A stretch of 64,000 nt of DNA from Amoeboaphelidium protococcarum X5. Its lineage: Eukaryota > Fungi > Aphelidiomycota. Position numbers and translations under genes: made by a program. Below the pieces are notes generated by a model, which made no database searches, was not told where the DNA came from, and saw only the letters and a program-made list of their open reading frames with translations. The DNA is taken from the NCBI GenBank assembly GCA_023515725.1, contig JALDTO010000192.1:699517-763516 (forward strand), given 5' to 3'. Numbering within the stretch: position 1 is the first letter of the stretch; every line of letters begins with the position of its first letter. This document shows, one piece after another, positions 12,198-24,819 of this stretch.

Positions 12198-14213
12198 TCA
12201 ATCCTCAGTCAAAGTTGGCAATTTCTTCTACGCAGCATTTTTAGCACGCGTATTAGGTCTTCTGCTAGACGGACGTATGTTTTTAACAATAGGATCCACC
12301 AACTTAATCTTAGATTTCTCCTTTACTATCTGCAAATCCTGAGTGGCTTGATTATTAACTTCTACCTGTTTAGACACAGAAGTTATGGAGACATCCGACT
12401 TCAATGATGTCTTCTACTATCCAAGAGGATTAGGAGCGGCCTATGCTGGAGATCCAAACACAGTGGACTCGAATTTATCCATTAAGAGAGAATCTTCCAT
12501 AATCTTCTCCATTACTAAAGACGGAATGGTCGCGACATCTAAATGCAAAGCCTTGCAAATCTAATTGCACTAGTGCATAACGAAGAACTTCACAATTGCT
12601 GGTAAACCCATATTGCCAATACTGCAATCGGTGCCATTGACAGTGCACACCTAAAGATCTGTAAAGTGACACTTAGAGCCTTGAATATCAACTATCATTT
12701 ACTCGTAGTTCTCCTTCTCAAACCAATAATAGGAGTAATGGGCAAAAGCCCAGGCCACTTCTTCACGAAAGTTCTCCTCATAAGTCTGATCATCATCACA
12801 AATTTGCATAAAATGCTCGTTGTCGATATACTTCACAAATTGGCCATCTACGAAGGGTTCAACTGTCCATATCTTTGCTAGATCCACCATATCACCAAAT
12901 TCCTCATTTTATTTGTCTCTAATCTCCAGCATCACGCCAGCACAAACTCCACGCTACTCACCAGCAACCTATAGATATTCTTAACCCAGCAGCGTCTTAA
13001 TCAATTCCGCGTCAAAATCTAGGAAGCACCTTTGAGCGCAAACAGAGTTTAATATTTCCCTAGCATGTAATCCATAATCATCGTCATCCTTATCAATTGC
13101 GCACTTAAAGACTACTGGCAGATCTGGAAAAAACTTGACCAGAGATCCATTATAGTAGCATCTTTTTATATTCCCTTTGTTAGTCTTTCCTGCCAGATCT
13201 GGCATTCCAACTACTCCTGGATCCTCAGTGAACCAGGAGCCTGTTTCATAGTCGTAGACATGCACAACCACACTGCCTTACAAGGAGCGCGTATTTTTTA
13301 TTACACGCTGAGGGGACACCTTGGAAATGTTTTCAAACTAGCAAAACTTATTCTTATGTTCAATCTAACTATTTCTCGCAACATTTGAACTGACAGGTAT
13401 GATCGTAGACTCCTGCGCAGATTTGATCTTTTTGACAGGCTTGACAGGTTGAATAATAGGCTCATCTAAAGTACGCGTCGGTTCAACAATTTCAAAATCA
13501 TCCTTATCCTGCATCTTCTCATCTGGCAAACCATACTAGTAATCAAAGTCCTCGACATTCAAAAAATTCAGCTACTGTAGAGACTCATAGTTTCTCTTTA
13601 AACTAGGATGCAATTACACGCGATTGCTTTCAACCAACGGAATCAAATATAGCACCTTATCCTTATTAGAGGTATACTTACATCCTGCCAATTGAATATT
13701 CTGGGTCCATTATATTACGTCAAAATCAACTCCAAATTAGGGGATTTGGTGGATTTGACTTTGTCCAATTGACGATTGCTCAACTTGATAGTGAAACAAT
13801 GCACAAGCTTATGCTAAGACAGATTGATAATTGTCATTATACTTGTCAATCTAAATCATCTATGGGCCAACATTTTCCAGACGCTTAAATTATCCAACCT
13901 TTGATCCTGAAATACAAGGGACAATGCTAATTTGCACCAGCGCGTTTTTACGCGTCAAACCTCTATTTCCACTACCAGGACCGTTTCTATGAACAGGGGG
14001 CGGCGGCTTAGTCTGGTATCCACTGTGCAATCTATTTACCATTGACTCGGTTCTTGTCTGCACCGCAAGCTTTTTCTTTTACTCAAATTGCATTTGTGAA
14101 TGCATCAACTAGGCTTGCGCCTATTGCCAAGATTTACATCCAGCACAATGACAGTCCTCCCTTTTGAGTCCGGACGAATTGGGACATAACACATCTTACA
14201 ACGGATTAAACAT
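12198..14213 (-). CDS. Alpha-kinase (eEF2K/MHCK family) cargo protein, 671 aa
   Basis: Code-6 ORF; GNIKRCY, VVFK, WTVEPFVDGQFVKY, AFAHYSY, MIVDIQG, FTDLQV, GNMG and HQCNQIC motifs; Cys-rich N-terminus. Confidence 0.9.
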
Positions 14214-14311
14214 GCTTGATACTGATTCTATTCAAAAGACACTAGGATATAGATATCAACTAAAGAGATTGCGTATATTTGTCGCGTTTTAGTTATCTGA
14301 ACTATGAGAGC

Positions 14312-14521
14312 TGTTATTAATAATATGATTGCGTAAGATCTTAGAGTGGCGTAAGGGGGGTGGCGCAGCAAGTAATGACAACACTACGGCGTCCCAATGC
14401 TGCATTGCTTATACCTGTATGCTTATCTCGCAAATAAGATTGTACGTTGTTAAAAAGTAGTTTAGTGAATAGTGTGTAAGAGATAATAAAGTATCATTCA
14501 GTATCAAAACAATTTATCACA
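14312..14521 (+). repeat. Solo-LTR-like relic inside the transposon, related to the gypsy LTR at 3959-4193
   Basis: Colinear shared motifs GTAAGATCTTA, GGGGTGGCGCAGCAA, TTTAGnGAATAGTG and TAATAAAG; TG...CA ends (left end at 14312 or 14326). Confidence 0.6.
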
Positions 14522-15735
14522 AATAATCGCTTACTTACTGTTAAATTGCAAGCGCCAGTTTCGAGATTAACGCATCAAGCAATCAGTTGTGACAAAGATC
14601 GAGCAACCACTACTCACAAACAGTTTGCAAATTTTTGCTTGAGGTTTGGTGCATATATTTCTTTACTAGAGAAGCGGAGCAAATACTGCTATATTAAAAA
14701 TCTTGAGATATTTACACCAATACTGCTGCAGTTGCGCAAGTTGCACATTAAAGTAAAGCAACACACACACGGTGCATGACTAATACATTTGATTTTGCAG
14801 CATGATATAAATAAGAAAGTAATCACAAAAATTAATCAATTTGTTAAGTCGCATTCGCGTATTACAAGTGCAAAAACGTTATGTATTAATGTGAGGCACT
14901 GATTGCGGCTCTCGAACATTAAAAACAAAAACAGTTGTAAGAAACAAATATTCGTTTCTGCTTTTTAAATAGCGACGCGCTTTTGCGGCTCTCGGATTCC
15001 GTATGCGGAGTAGCTGGTGAAGGCTTGCGCTAAAATCTATTTAAGAATCCAGTCTTGGGAGGTGGCGCAGCAGAGGCGGCAGAAGGTTATCCGGCACTCG
15101 GCAAAGACGATTGAGAGGCAGCGCTTCTAGTAGGGCCACTGGCAGTAGCAGCATTACGCTTAAACGGATTACTCATCCTGAATTTAGGAGCAGCCTGCAC
15201 CTGAACAACCATCAACGCGACGACGAGTAACATCAATAACGCTACAATCTTGTTCATTTTAAGTATTGATCACTAGAGATTTATTTTCTATAATATTGTG
15301 TAATAAGTAAGTTATGAAATAGAGTAATGGGGAAGAATTCACATTATTCAGATGAGGTTGTGCTCGGATGCCTGCATCAATTCACATGTTTCGTCTGGTT
15401 GATCAATCAGGTCATCTGAAACTAGTGACGCTCGCCATGCTTGTGTTACACATTTACCACGATTTTAGAGTTTCATGGAACAAAACATGTGTATGAATTT
15501 AGTACGATGCACCATGTTCTTAGCTAGGCTCATGCCACCTGTTTGATGCCACCATTATGGATGGAGACTAAATTGGTATATTGTGATGACCTTAACGCGA
15601 TTCTTCTCATTGAACTTTAGACTTACATGTAATCTGATATGAAATAAGGTATAGTGAAACCAAGATGACAGTATGCGGCACAAATAGAAATGCTGAAAGA
15701 GTAAAGATCGTAAAACGAATTGCTATTAAAGATCA

Positions 15736-16317
15736 TCAGAGCATTTCTTCATTGTAATAATCCTCACCATCAGCATTGCCATATTCTTGGTCGCGATCAC
15801 TGTATTCTCCACCAGCACGCATACTACCACGCCTCCCCCTACTATAACCCATTTCTACGTCACCAGAACCTTGGTCACCACCAAATTCGCCAATGCCTCT
15901 CGCGCCACCGTTACCAAAACCGTCATTGTCGCTACCAAAAAATCCCTTGATCTTATCAAACATACCAGGCTTCTACATACCATATTAGCCTATGGAGCGG
16001 CCCTGACTTTAACCGTTACCACCTAAGCCAAACATGGACTTGAAACCATTCTTAATCTTTGAACCGAAACCACCAGATTGCTACGATTGTTAATATCCAC
16101 CTTGAGAAGACATTCCGCCTTCATAATCACCGAAAGCGCCACCAAAGTCTTCTTAACCATAACCTTATCCACCACGTTACTAGTTACGACCACTACCACC
16201 AAACATATCACCAAAACCACGGCGCTGCAGCTGGACAGCAGAGTCGGAAGGCAGCGCGTTGATTTCATTGGAGGCGAGCAGAGACAGAGCCAAAAGAGTG
16301 AGCAGTTTGAAGTTCAT
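15736..16317 (-). CDS. Secreted Gly-rich protein (193 aa)
   Basis: Signal peptide MNFKLLTLLALSLLASNEINA, dibasic LQRR site, Gly/Gln-rich body; ends TGA. Confidence 0.85.
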
Positions 16318-16713
16318 AATGTAAAGGTTTATAGTAGTATTTCTAAAGTAATTTGATCTAGAAGCTTATAGTAAAAAGCAATATTTTGATTAATTGTATA
16401 AAAGAAGAAGAAGAAGGAGATTCTCAATCTACAACGCTAATGTCTTTTGTTGTAATAGCATGCAGACTATGTAACGTTGGCGTTACGTGTCACCTCATGT
16501 CAGAGGTCCGCTTGGCCAATAGGAAATCGCCATGTAGCCGCATTTTATTCCATATTAATTGAGCATACGGCATCCATAAATTATTAAGTCTTAAAAATTA
16601 CTCAAATTATAATCAGTGATTTTAAACACAACATTCAATCAATCTCATGTTGACTTTTTAGGCAGTTCACCTGATCAAGCGCTTAAATCTCGGTGATATT
16701 CAGTTAAATTTTC

Positions 16714-18006
16714 ATGCCAGCTCAATTCTTTCACTAGCCAATCAATCGGAATAGAGAATTTCTACAAATTTACTAGACAGACATCATGAAAGTGAAGCAG
16801 CAAGTGGACATTCACCCAGCGATGATGAAATTGGGTCTCCAGTTTAAGCATTACAAGATTATGGGATCCAATTAACGTGCACTGGCTCTCATTCAGGCAC
16901 TGAGAGAAGTTATCGCGGATTACACCACCCCTCCGAACGATCTACTTAGCCGCAATCTGGATGCGTACCTTAAGCATCAAATCAATTATGTCATTGCATG
17001 CCGACCTAATTCTATCAGCACCGGCGCTGTGATTAGATATATAAAGCTGGAAATATCCTCCATCGCTCCGGATATGCCTGAGAATGATGCTAAGCTGTAT
17101 CTGGACGAGTAATTGATTTAGTACGCTAATGACAGGATTTTTGTTGCAGATTAAGCCATTATAGACTTTGCGATGCGGAAGATTAAAGATGGGGATGTCA
17201 TAGTGACGTATGCCTTCTCCACCGTTGTGTATAAGACTTTGGTCAAGGCCAGACGCGATGGTGTCAGATTTAGTGTTGTATGTGTGGATAGCCGTCCGCT
17301 TTTTGAAGGCCGTAAGATGATGGAACACTTGATTTAGCAAGGTATTGATTGTTCATACACCTAGCTATCTGGTCTCCATTTGCTGATGAGCGGTAGCGCT
17401 ACAAAGGTGATCATTGGCGCTCATGGAATGCTCTCCAATGGCGCGCTTATGTCTAGAGCTGGGACATCCCTTTTATGCACAATAGCATAATAGGCCGCCA
17501 TTCCTGTTGTTGTACTGTGTGAAGGCTACAAGTTTTCTGATCGCGTACAGATGGAAGGCTATTTGTAGAATGAAATGGGTGACCCATCTTTGATCACTGA
17601 CATCCAGAAGTATTATAATGCCTCTGTTCAAGTGAGCGCACACGGAACAATAATCAAGGATCCATCTGCTACGGGTAATGATTCTAAGGGAGGCAACAGT
17701 TCCTAGGCCTAAAATACCAAGACTCAGTCTACTCCGCAGTCGTAGCCTGGTTCAGGTAGAGCGAGACGCGAGTCCAATGTGCATCTGAGCAAGTCCAGCG
17801 TGTTAATGTAGTCTTAGCATGCATCCAATAATGTGGAGCTGCATCAATTGAAGAACTTGAAAGTGCTGTTCCCACTGCATGACATTACGCCTGCTAGTTA
17901 CATTTCGATAGTTATCACCGAAACTGGAAGTATTCCCAGCTCTGCAGTACCAGTGGTCATCAGAGAACAGCAGCGTATGAATCCATATCAAAATCTAACA
18001 AAGTGA
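16714..18006 (+). CDS. EIF2B4: Translation initiation factor eIF2B delta subunit
   Basis: IHPAMMKLGLQ...GSNQR, DYTTPP, VDSRPLFEG, GAHGMLSNG, SRAGT, CEGYKFSDRVQ, VPVVIRE. Confidence 0.93.
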
Positions 18007-18285
18007 TTATATAATATGAAATGATATCTCGAAATAGTCTATATGACGGACGCGTTTATATTGTTCCATTGAAATCGGCCGATCTCTCTCTCTTTCTCGC
18101 CCGGTGAAACAAGATCGGCCAAGTGATTGACGCGCAACGTCATTTTTCTGATTTCAATTTTTGTTTGCCTAGTGATTACGAATATCTTCACATTGGGCCT
18201 GCGATTTATTTCTATATTGCAATATTTTAATAATAATTATATTAAAGAGCTAAATCAAGAAGCCTGAATTAAATTCAAATCATCT

Positions 18286-18981
18286 ATGGATGCAAAAGAG
18301 TACATGAAAACTGTTGATCAGTCTGATATGTACAAGTATGTGCTGAAGAGAGCTGGTTATGGGACAGCTGTTGGAGGAGCTGTGGGTGCCTCTTTGGTGT
18401 ATGGTGGCCTGAAGTTTAGCGAAGGATTCAGACGCGGTACTAATGTCCCTATTAGATTTTTTCTGATGGTCGCTGGTGCTGCTGCCGGGTTTACCATTGC
18501 CAGTGATAAGGCCCTCATCCACTACATGAGATACATGGATCGCCCTGAGGTTAGTGGTCATTACAAAATCTCCGCCTACTCTCCAAAGTCTGCCAATGCT
18601 GTCACGCACGCCTCTGAAGCCATCAGTAATAATAGCAAGGACAATACTACTGATTAGATTCATAGCGATTTAGTAAAAGAAGCAAGATCATCATACGTGA
18701 CAGAGTTGAAGCAGGTGGCGTGGAATAATCGTTACAAATTGATTTTCGCTGGCTGGGCTGGTACTATGGGTGTAGTTGCGTACAGAGATTTCTAGAATAA
18801 GGCTCTATCTACGGTGCACAAGTTTGGACATGCTCGTATTGCTGCCCAGTTTGTTACCATTGCCGCTGTTATTGCAGCTTTCGCGTTCAATGAAGAGACT
18901 GGTCCTTTCGCTCAGAAATACCAACCTGGTTATGACCGCGACGCACCTCATGGTAAAGTTAAGTCTGCTCCTCCTCAATGA
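18286..18981 (+). CDS. RCF2: HIG1-domain respiratory supercomplex factor Rcf2-like
   Basis: Four TM segments; NRYKLIFAGWAGTM...KFGHARIAAQFVT HIG1 motif. Confidence 0.8.
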
Positions 18982-19084
18982 TCTTGTGCTACTTGGAGAT
19001 GAACGTGATCGCATTAGGATGAATGTTTTGAAATAGAAGATTAACAATTACTTTTTTATAAATATGGGTCTTGTTTATAGCATT

Positions 19085-21076
19085 TCATTTATCCTTTTTG
19101 GTCTCCACTACAGCAGATTTATCATCTTTCTCTGACTAATCAATTGAACGATTAGATACCACCAGCTACTCTTTATCTTGATCAAACTTTTCATCTTCTG
19201 CACCCACTTGACCAAATTCATTAGGACGCTTCTAATCCACAGGATAGATCCATCTCTGGTACAAATACACCAGGAATATCAAATCATCTCTAAAGCAAGC
19301 CAGTCGATGTAGAGTAGGCATCTTGATTACGAAAGCAAACAGATCATCCACAAATGTATTCAAAGCCTTGTACATGAACGTTTTCCACGGCATATGCGCA
19401 ACAGATTTCAATTTATAGTTGATGAACAGTTGAGGAGTCATTCCAATAAAGCCGAAAGTGTATACAAATCCCACAGCTGTACCTACAACAAAACTGTACC
19501 AACTCTTGTGCTTTTCATACATCACACTGTACACCGTGTATCCTAGCAATAGGGGAATACACGCCAGCGAGAGCCATTTGAATGCAACCCTGTCATACTC
19601 TTCAGTGTCTGTTTACAGCTTACTTCTCAATTTTTCATCTTCATCCTACTTGTCTCCACTACCATTACCATTCTATCCAGCAGTGCTCTAAGACTTGAAA
19701 GTTATTGAAAAAGGAAGCAAGCCGTAGAATGATCTACGGCTGCGATCAATGACAAATTTCACTGCTCTGCCCACTTTCCACATCTCAATCAGCAGTGATA
19801 CTCCAGATGAAGCAATGATGAGATAACTAGTTTCATTATCCAACAGGTAGAGGAATACAATGCTCTGCATGAGGACATTCAACATAATAGTGCGCACAGA
19901 CAATCCTTCGACATTCTTACGTTCCCTCCAGAATTGTACATCATTCTTGAAGGCCAGGAAATCGAAAACAGAATGTAATATACTAACCACGAATGTGATC
20001 ACCAGCAGGTAAATGTTGGTCTCATACAGCATACGCTTAATGTTATCCGATTCTTGATCTGATGTACCCCATGATTTCTACAACTTAAAAGACTGGTCCA
20101 TCTGGACCATCATCTGGAACTTCCACATGGACAGATGCGCCAAATCTATTGACAATGTAAGACTATCCGCCGATTAATTTATTGGTCTATCATAGAGATC
20201 CTCCTGCAGAATCCAGAAATCATTTACAAATAATGTTGGCAGATACTGAGACCTTTTCTAATCCACAAACTGAGTATGATGAACTATATGAGGCATCTGA
20301 GCCAGCTAAGCTAGTGGAATTGGACTAACATCATTAATCACATTCAGCGTCAAGTTTCTTAACCAGTAAGATACGTAGACTCCATCTTCAATGCCTCCTG
20401 CATCTCCCCGTACCGTATTACTATTATCCTCAACCAGATCTGAAGAGTCGGCAAGTAAATTCTTCACCTATTTAATCTTCTTCTTGCGCATAAACCGCGT
20501 CAACAATACTCGCTAGTACACAGACTTTTACTCTTCTACAGCACCTTGACTATCCTACTACATCAGAATGTGAGCATAGAGAGAACCATTGCGTGACGTT
20601 ACATTATCAGACACCTGAATCTGCAAATCATGATGACGTTAATCTTCCCAATCTCCAAACTTGAATTTATGTTCATCAAAGACCAGGCGGACATTATCTT
20701 GGGAAGCGTATGGCTGGAATTACCAGTTCTCTGACACGAACACTTTGACCGACAGCTAATCTCCAAGAAACCACGCACAAGAGCTAAATTAAGGACCATC
20801 AGGGGAGGAACCTTGTTAAAGACCACCACCACCACCGCTACTACTGCTACTACCACTACTACCATCAGTACCAGGATTGGCAACCATCTTCTTTACATAG
20901 CTCACGATCCAGAAGATCAATACTATACGTGACACTGTGGTGAGTATCTTTTCAATCGTGGATTATTCACGTCGCGGCTATTCCTACTACTACTATTGCT
21001 GTAGCAGCTACTACCTAACATTGCGCTGATGTTATTAAATGGCAGCGACGTCTTGTTATAACTACGGATCAGCCAT
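19085..21076 (-). CDS. CLPTM1: CLPTM1-family membrane protein (663 aa)
   Basis: LAFKNDVQFW, MTPQLFINYKLKSVAHMPW, YKALNTFVDDLFAF. Confidence 0.95.
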
Positions 21077-21414
21077 CTTACACCTGATCGACCGAGATTA
21101 ACTTACTTATTGAAAAGGCGATGTTGATTTCAAGGGTGGTAATTCAAGCAGACGATTGAAATGGGGACAAAGAGGAGAAAAGACAGAGCGGCGATGAACG
21201 AACGAACGAACGAACGAGAGATCGCAATGAGTCAACTGTTCACTCTGTTCGCGGCACCACTTCATGGCTAATAACCAGGCAACAATTTGTATAAACTGAC
21301 TAGTAATGTTATTATTAAGAACGAATATTATCACAAAACTCATAATAAAAAATTAAAAAAGTCAGTATGAAGTAATGAAAAGTTTAAACATATTAATTAT
21401 CATACAAAGAGTGA

Positions 21415-22269
21415 TCATTGAGGCTTCTTCTTGACAATACCCAGAGCTTATCGCATCTTGCACTTGTCTCGATTATTACTATTATTTAGTAGGGTAGCTA
21501 TGGTCGTGCTGCTTTTAGCTGTCTATGACGTCTTGTTAGTCCGCGTAGATAAAAGTGACACGTTATCAAACTGACTTTACTGCTAATAACCATAAAGTGA
21601 ATCTTCATGAGCCTTCATCTTCTGTTTACCTTTAAATGCCAATCTAGCAATTTCATCATCTTCTCGCTATTCATCTAATAGTTATTATGTGGTGGCATCA
21701 TTATCTCTCCGGGCATCGTCATTATCAGCGATATCAAACCGTACGCGTTTGACTGCCTGATCCACATCAACAGCCTCAAGAGCATCTTGTCGCGATTTCA
21801 ACGCATCGAGGCCCTCCAGAATCTCAATCTCTCGCCGAGCATCCACAGTTTTATTTTCCAACTTCTTTAATGGATCCAATTCCTCTTCCCGCTAACGTTT
21901 TTCTAAAATTTAATTCTCCTCCTGCGCATTACGTCGCCACTGCTCCACATTCCTCGTAGCACCAGATTCTATAACATAATCAGTATTCTTCGGGTCAGTC
22001 TTGTAAGAGATATCGCCGTGACATCCAGGACATTTTATGGTCAATCGATGAATCTGGATTCCCAAATACTTTTCGCCGTGTGGTTTATCTTTTACTGCAT
22101 TAAACTTGGTGCCTTTATATATGTATTCACCACAATTCTCGCATCGCATACTAAATGGAGCCATAACTCTGGCCTTTATCTTGGCCTAATTCTTGGATTT
22201 AAAGAATTCAATCTTTTCCGCATTGAATGTAGGCGGTATATACTTGTTTATTACTTTTCGCTCAGCCAT
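21415..22269 (-). CDS. YJU2: Splicing factor Yju2/Cwc16
   Basis: [45 protein letters not shown]. Confidence 0.93.
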
Positions 22270-22481
22270 ATTGTATTAATTCTGTGTACACCTTAATGGT
22301 ACCGGTAGTGATGTAATTTCTGTAATCAACAAATTCCAATAATAAAGAGGAGTGCAGGGTGAATGAGTGAAGATCGCTTTAACAGTGGCAGCGAGAAGAG
22401 AAGAGAAAGTGAAAATTCGTCATTTTCTTGATCGAAAAGTGTTCAAAATATAAGATATAAAATATCAAGTTGAGATAAAGA

Positions 22482-23549
22482 ATGTTGGCAAAGTAATTGT
22501 TTTCGGTGAGTCGTTATTAGTGGTATGGAATGGCTGCGAAGGCTATAGTTGAGAGCGCGGTCAAAGCGGATAAGTAGCTGGTCATGAGACTTCGTCATTA
22601 ATTTGAAGGCCTATCAATGATGAAGATCAAAGAAGCTCTAGAGCTGTCGGATAATAATTACGATAACGCAGTCAAGTATATTCAGTAAAGCCATGCAGGA
22701 ATAAATTAAAAGAAGATGGAGCGATAGTTAAATGATGGCCTGGTTGCTATTGTGAGTCGACGTGGTATTGGCACGTCCATCTTCAATCTGAGGTGCGAGA
22801 CTGATTTTGTTGCGTAGACAGATCTGTTCAAGGAGTTGGCGGTGAACGTTGCATCTACCGCATTGCTTTATCATGGCTCAAATACGATAATGTCCACATC
22901 TTCTTCTAGTTCACTTGGCTCATCACATCTACCTGCTAGTAAATACACGCACGATGATGATCGGGTGATGAGCAAATTGATGGAGTCTCCGATGGTAAAT
23001 TTGAAAGGTGAAAATGGCGGTCAACTGTCAAATCAATTAAGCAGTGTGTCAGTCTAGTAATCCGTCTTGGATGGTATTAGTAAGCTAGGCGAAAATATCA
23101 GAGTATAATCTGGATTCGTGGTACCTTCTCCGCCAGCTGTGTCGCAGCTTGATACAGTCTGGGAACATGTGGGATTTGCAGTTCACTAAGCAACAGCCAG
23201 ACCAGATCAAGTGTCCTCAGATGATTCTATGGAAGTATTGCTTGGTAAAAGTGGATGCATATTCCAGTTGGAAGGCTAATAGTGCCAGAAACCGAGCGCT
23301 GAAGTCCTGAGCCAAGTGTCACAAAAGCTGTGCAATCATATCATTGGCATGAGGCCGACTAAGATCTCTGGCTATGGTGATGACGCGTTATATCATCAGT
23401 AGTTTATATTTGGCTCTGAAGGTGAAACTGTGTCTTACTATTTGCAATCTCTTATACCAACGGACTAATCAAACGATGCTTCAATTGAAATTAAACAATT
23501 CTGCTTGGTCAACAATGGATCTGATCCCGTCTTTGCGTAATTAAAATGA
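22482..23549 (+). CDS. TSFM: Mitochondrial elongation factor Ts
   Basis: UBA-like N-terminus, LRCETDFVA, KLGENI, HIIGMRP. Confidence 0.85.
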
Positions 23550-23709
23550 ACTTTCATTAGAGTAAATTTTTTGAATTAATATTATTATTATTATTATTAC
23601 ACTGACTATACGTTTTAATCGCTTTTTCCACCGAAAACGGCAATGATCGACGATTTCTTACAGCTCAAACGTTCGCCTTCATCTCACTTTGGGACGAAAA
23701 CTAGACAAA

Positions 23710-24374
23710 ATGGGGAAATAGAAAAAGACTAAGGCTGTTGGATTAAAGAGGATAATATCAAAGAAAGACTCTCGATTGTAAGCTTCATCTCTAAATGAGA
23801 GTATTTTACTGATCTTTGTATTAATAACGATCTTCATTTATAATGTAGAAAAGAGAATTAGCAAAAGAAAGATCAGTAGAGGGAAAAGAGTGAATCTGAA
23901 CTGGTGAAAAATGTCCCATAGATGGCATCATCTCTATTTTTTAAATACAACAAATCCTTGGGTCCACCATATCACGTATTTATCGATACTAATTTTATAA
24001 ATTTCTCGATTCAGAACAAGATTGATTTAGTCAAAGGGATGATGGATTGTCTACTGGCTAAATGCATACCGTGCATTACTGATTGCGTGGTGGCTGAATT
24101 GCAAAAACTTGGTCCCAAGTACCGGATTGCTCTCAAAATTGCCCTCAGCACTGAAGGCGTAGAAAGATTTCCTTGCATGCATAAAGGCACATACGCGGAT
24201 GATTGCATTGTATCACGCGTAACGGCTCATCCGTGCTTTCTCGTGGCCACATGCGATAAACAGTTGAAGCAGAGAATCCGCAAAATTCCCGGCGTGCCCA
24301 TCATGTACATCAAATCGCGTAAATATGTCGTTGAAAGACTGCCTGAAGCATACGGTCTCAGTAATAAAGATTGA
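23710..24374 (+). CDS. FCF1: rRNA-processing PIN endonuclease Fcf1/Utp24 (intron 23778-23848)
   Basis: [36 protein letters not shown]; GT-AG intron restores the frame. Confidence 0.95.
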
Positions 24375-24819
24375 CCTAATAATAATATTGAATAATCTAA
24401 TCTGCGAATATTGATTTGTACTTCTTTATCTGTGCGGCACCAGAACACACCACATCAATCAGAGGAATCCTCAAGTTACCATTTTGATCGTGGTGTTTGA
24501 ATATCACACGCTCTGATTGGCCGCGATTGAAATTAACGTCGTTTCTGAGCATTCTGATCGCGTACAATTTCCGTTGCTGTTACACTTACGCGTCTTCACC
24601 TTTTCCACTTGAACAACAATAGCTATACAGACATAGCCAGACGCAGACTCTCTGATAAACACGCGCTTGTTCCTTCCATCGTCTTTCTGGAATAATTACT
24701 GTACTTGTGTTTGATATCTGCCCCTTGTATAATCTAATTGACTCATTTTTGATAATTAGGACTTGTTTGTATATCAGTGATAATAATAATAATTGTAATA
24801 ATTGTAAAAGCAATAAAGA

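Larger units (their letters stand above)
10518..15003 (+). mobile_element. IS3EU-like DNA transposon, copy 1 (4486 bp), carrying an alpha-kinase gene
   Basis: 23-bp imperfect TIRs TACGGAGTTCGAGAAACGCAAAA / TTTTGCGGCTCTCGGATTCCGTA; 6-bp TSD TGCGGA (10512-10517, 15004-15009); second copy at 48056. Confidence 0.95.
9863..15257 (-). pseudogene. Secreted low-complexity protein (300 aa) interrupted by transposon copy 1
   Basis: Joining 15257-15004 to 10511-9863 (element and one TSD copy removed) restores a 903-nt ORF beginning with signal peptide MNKIVALLMLLVVALMVVQVQA. Confidence 0.85.

Noticed and set aside
15061-15072. GGTGGCGCAGCA matching the LTR motif
   Set aside because: An isolated 12-mer within coding sequence (AAPP on the minus strand); likely chance
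21195-21216. (GAAC)n tract and CT-rich tracts near gene starts
   Set aside because: Simple microsatellites or UTR pyrimidine tracts with no spacer structure, so not CRISPR-like
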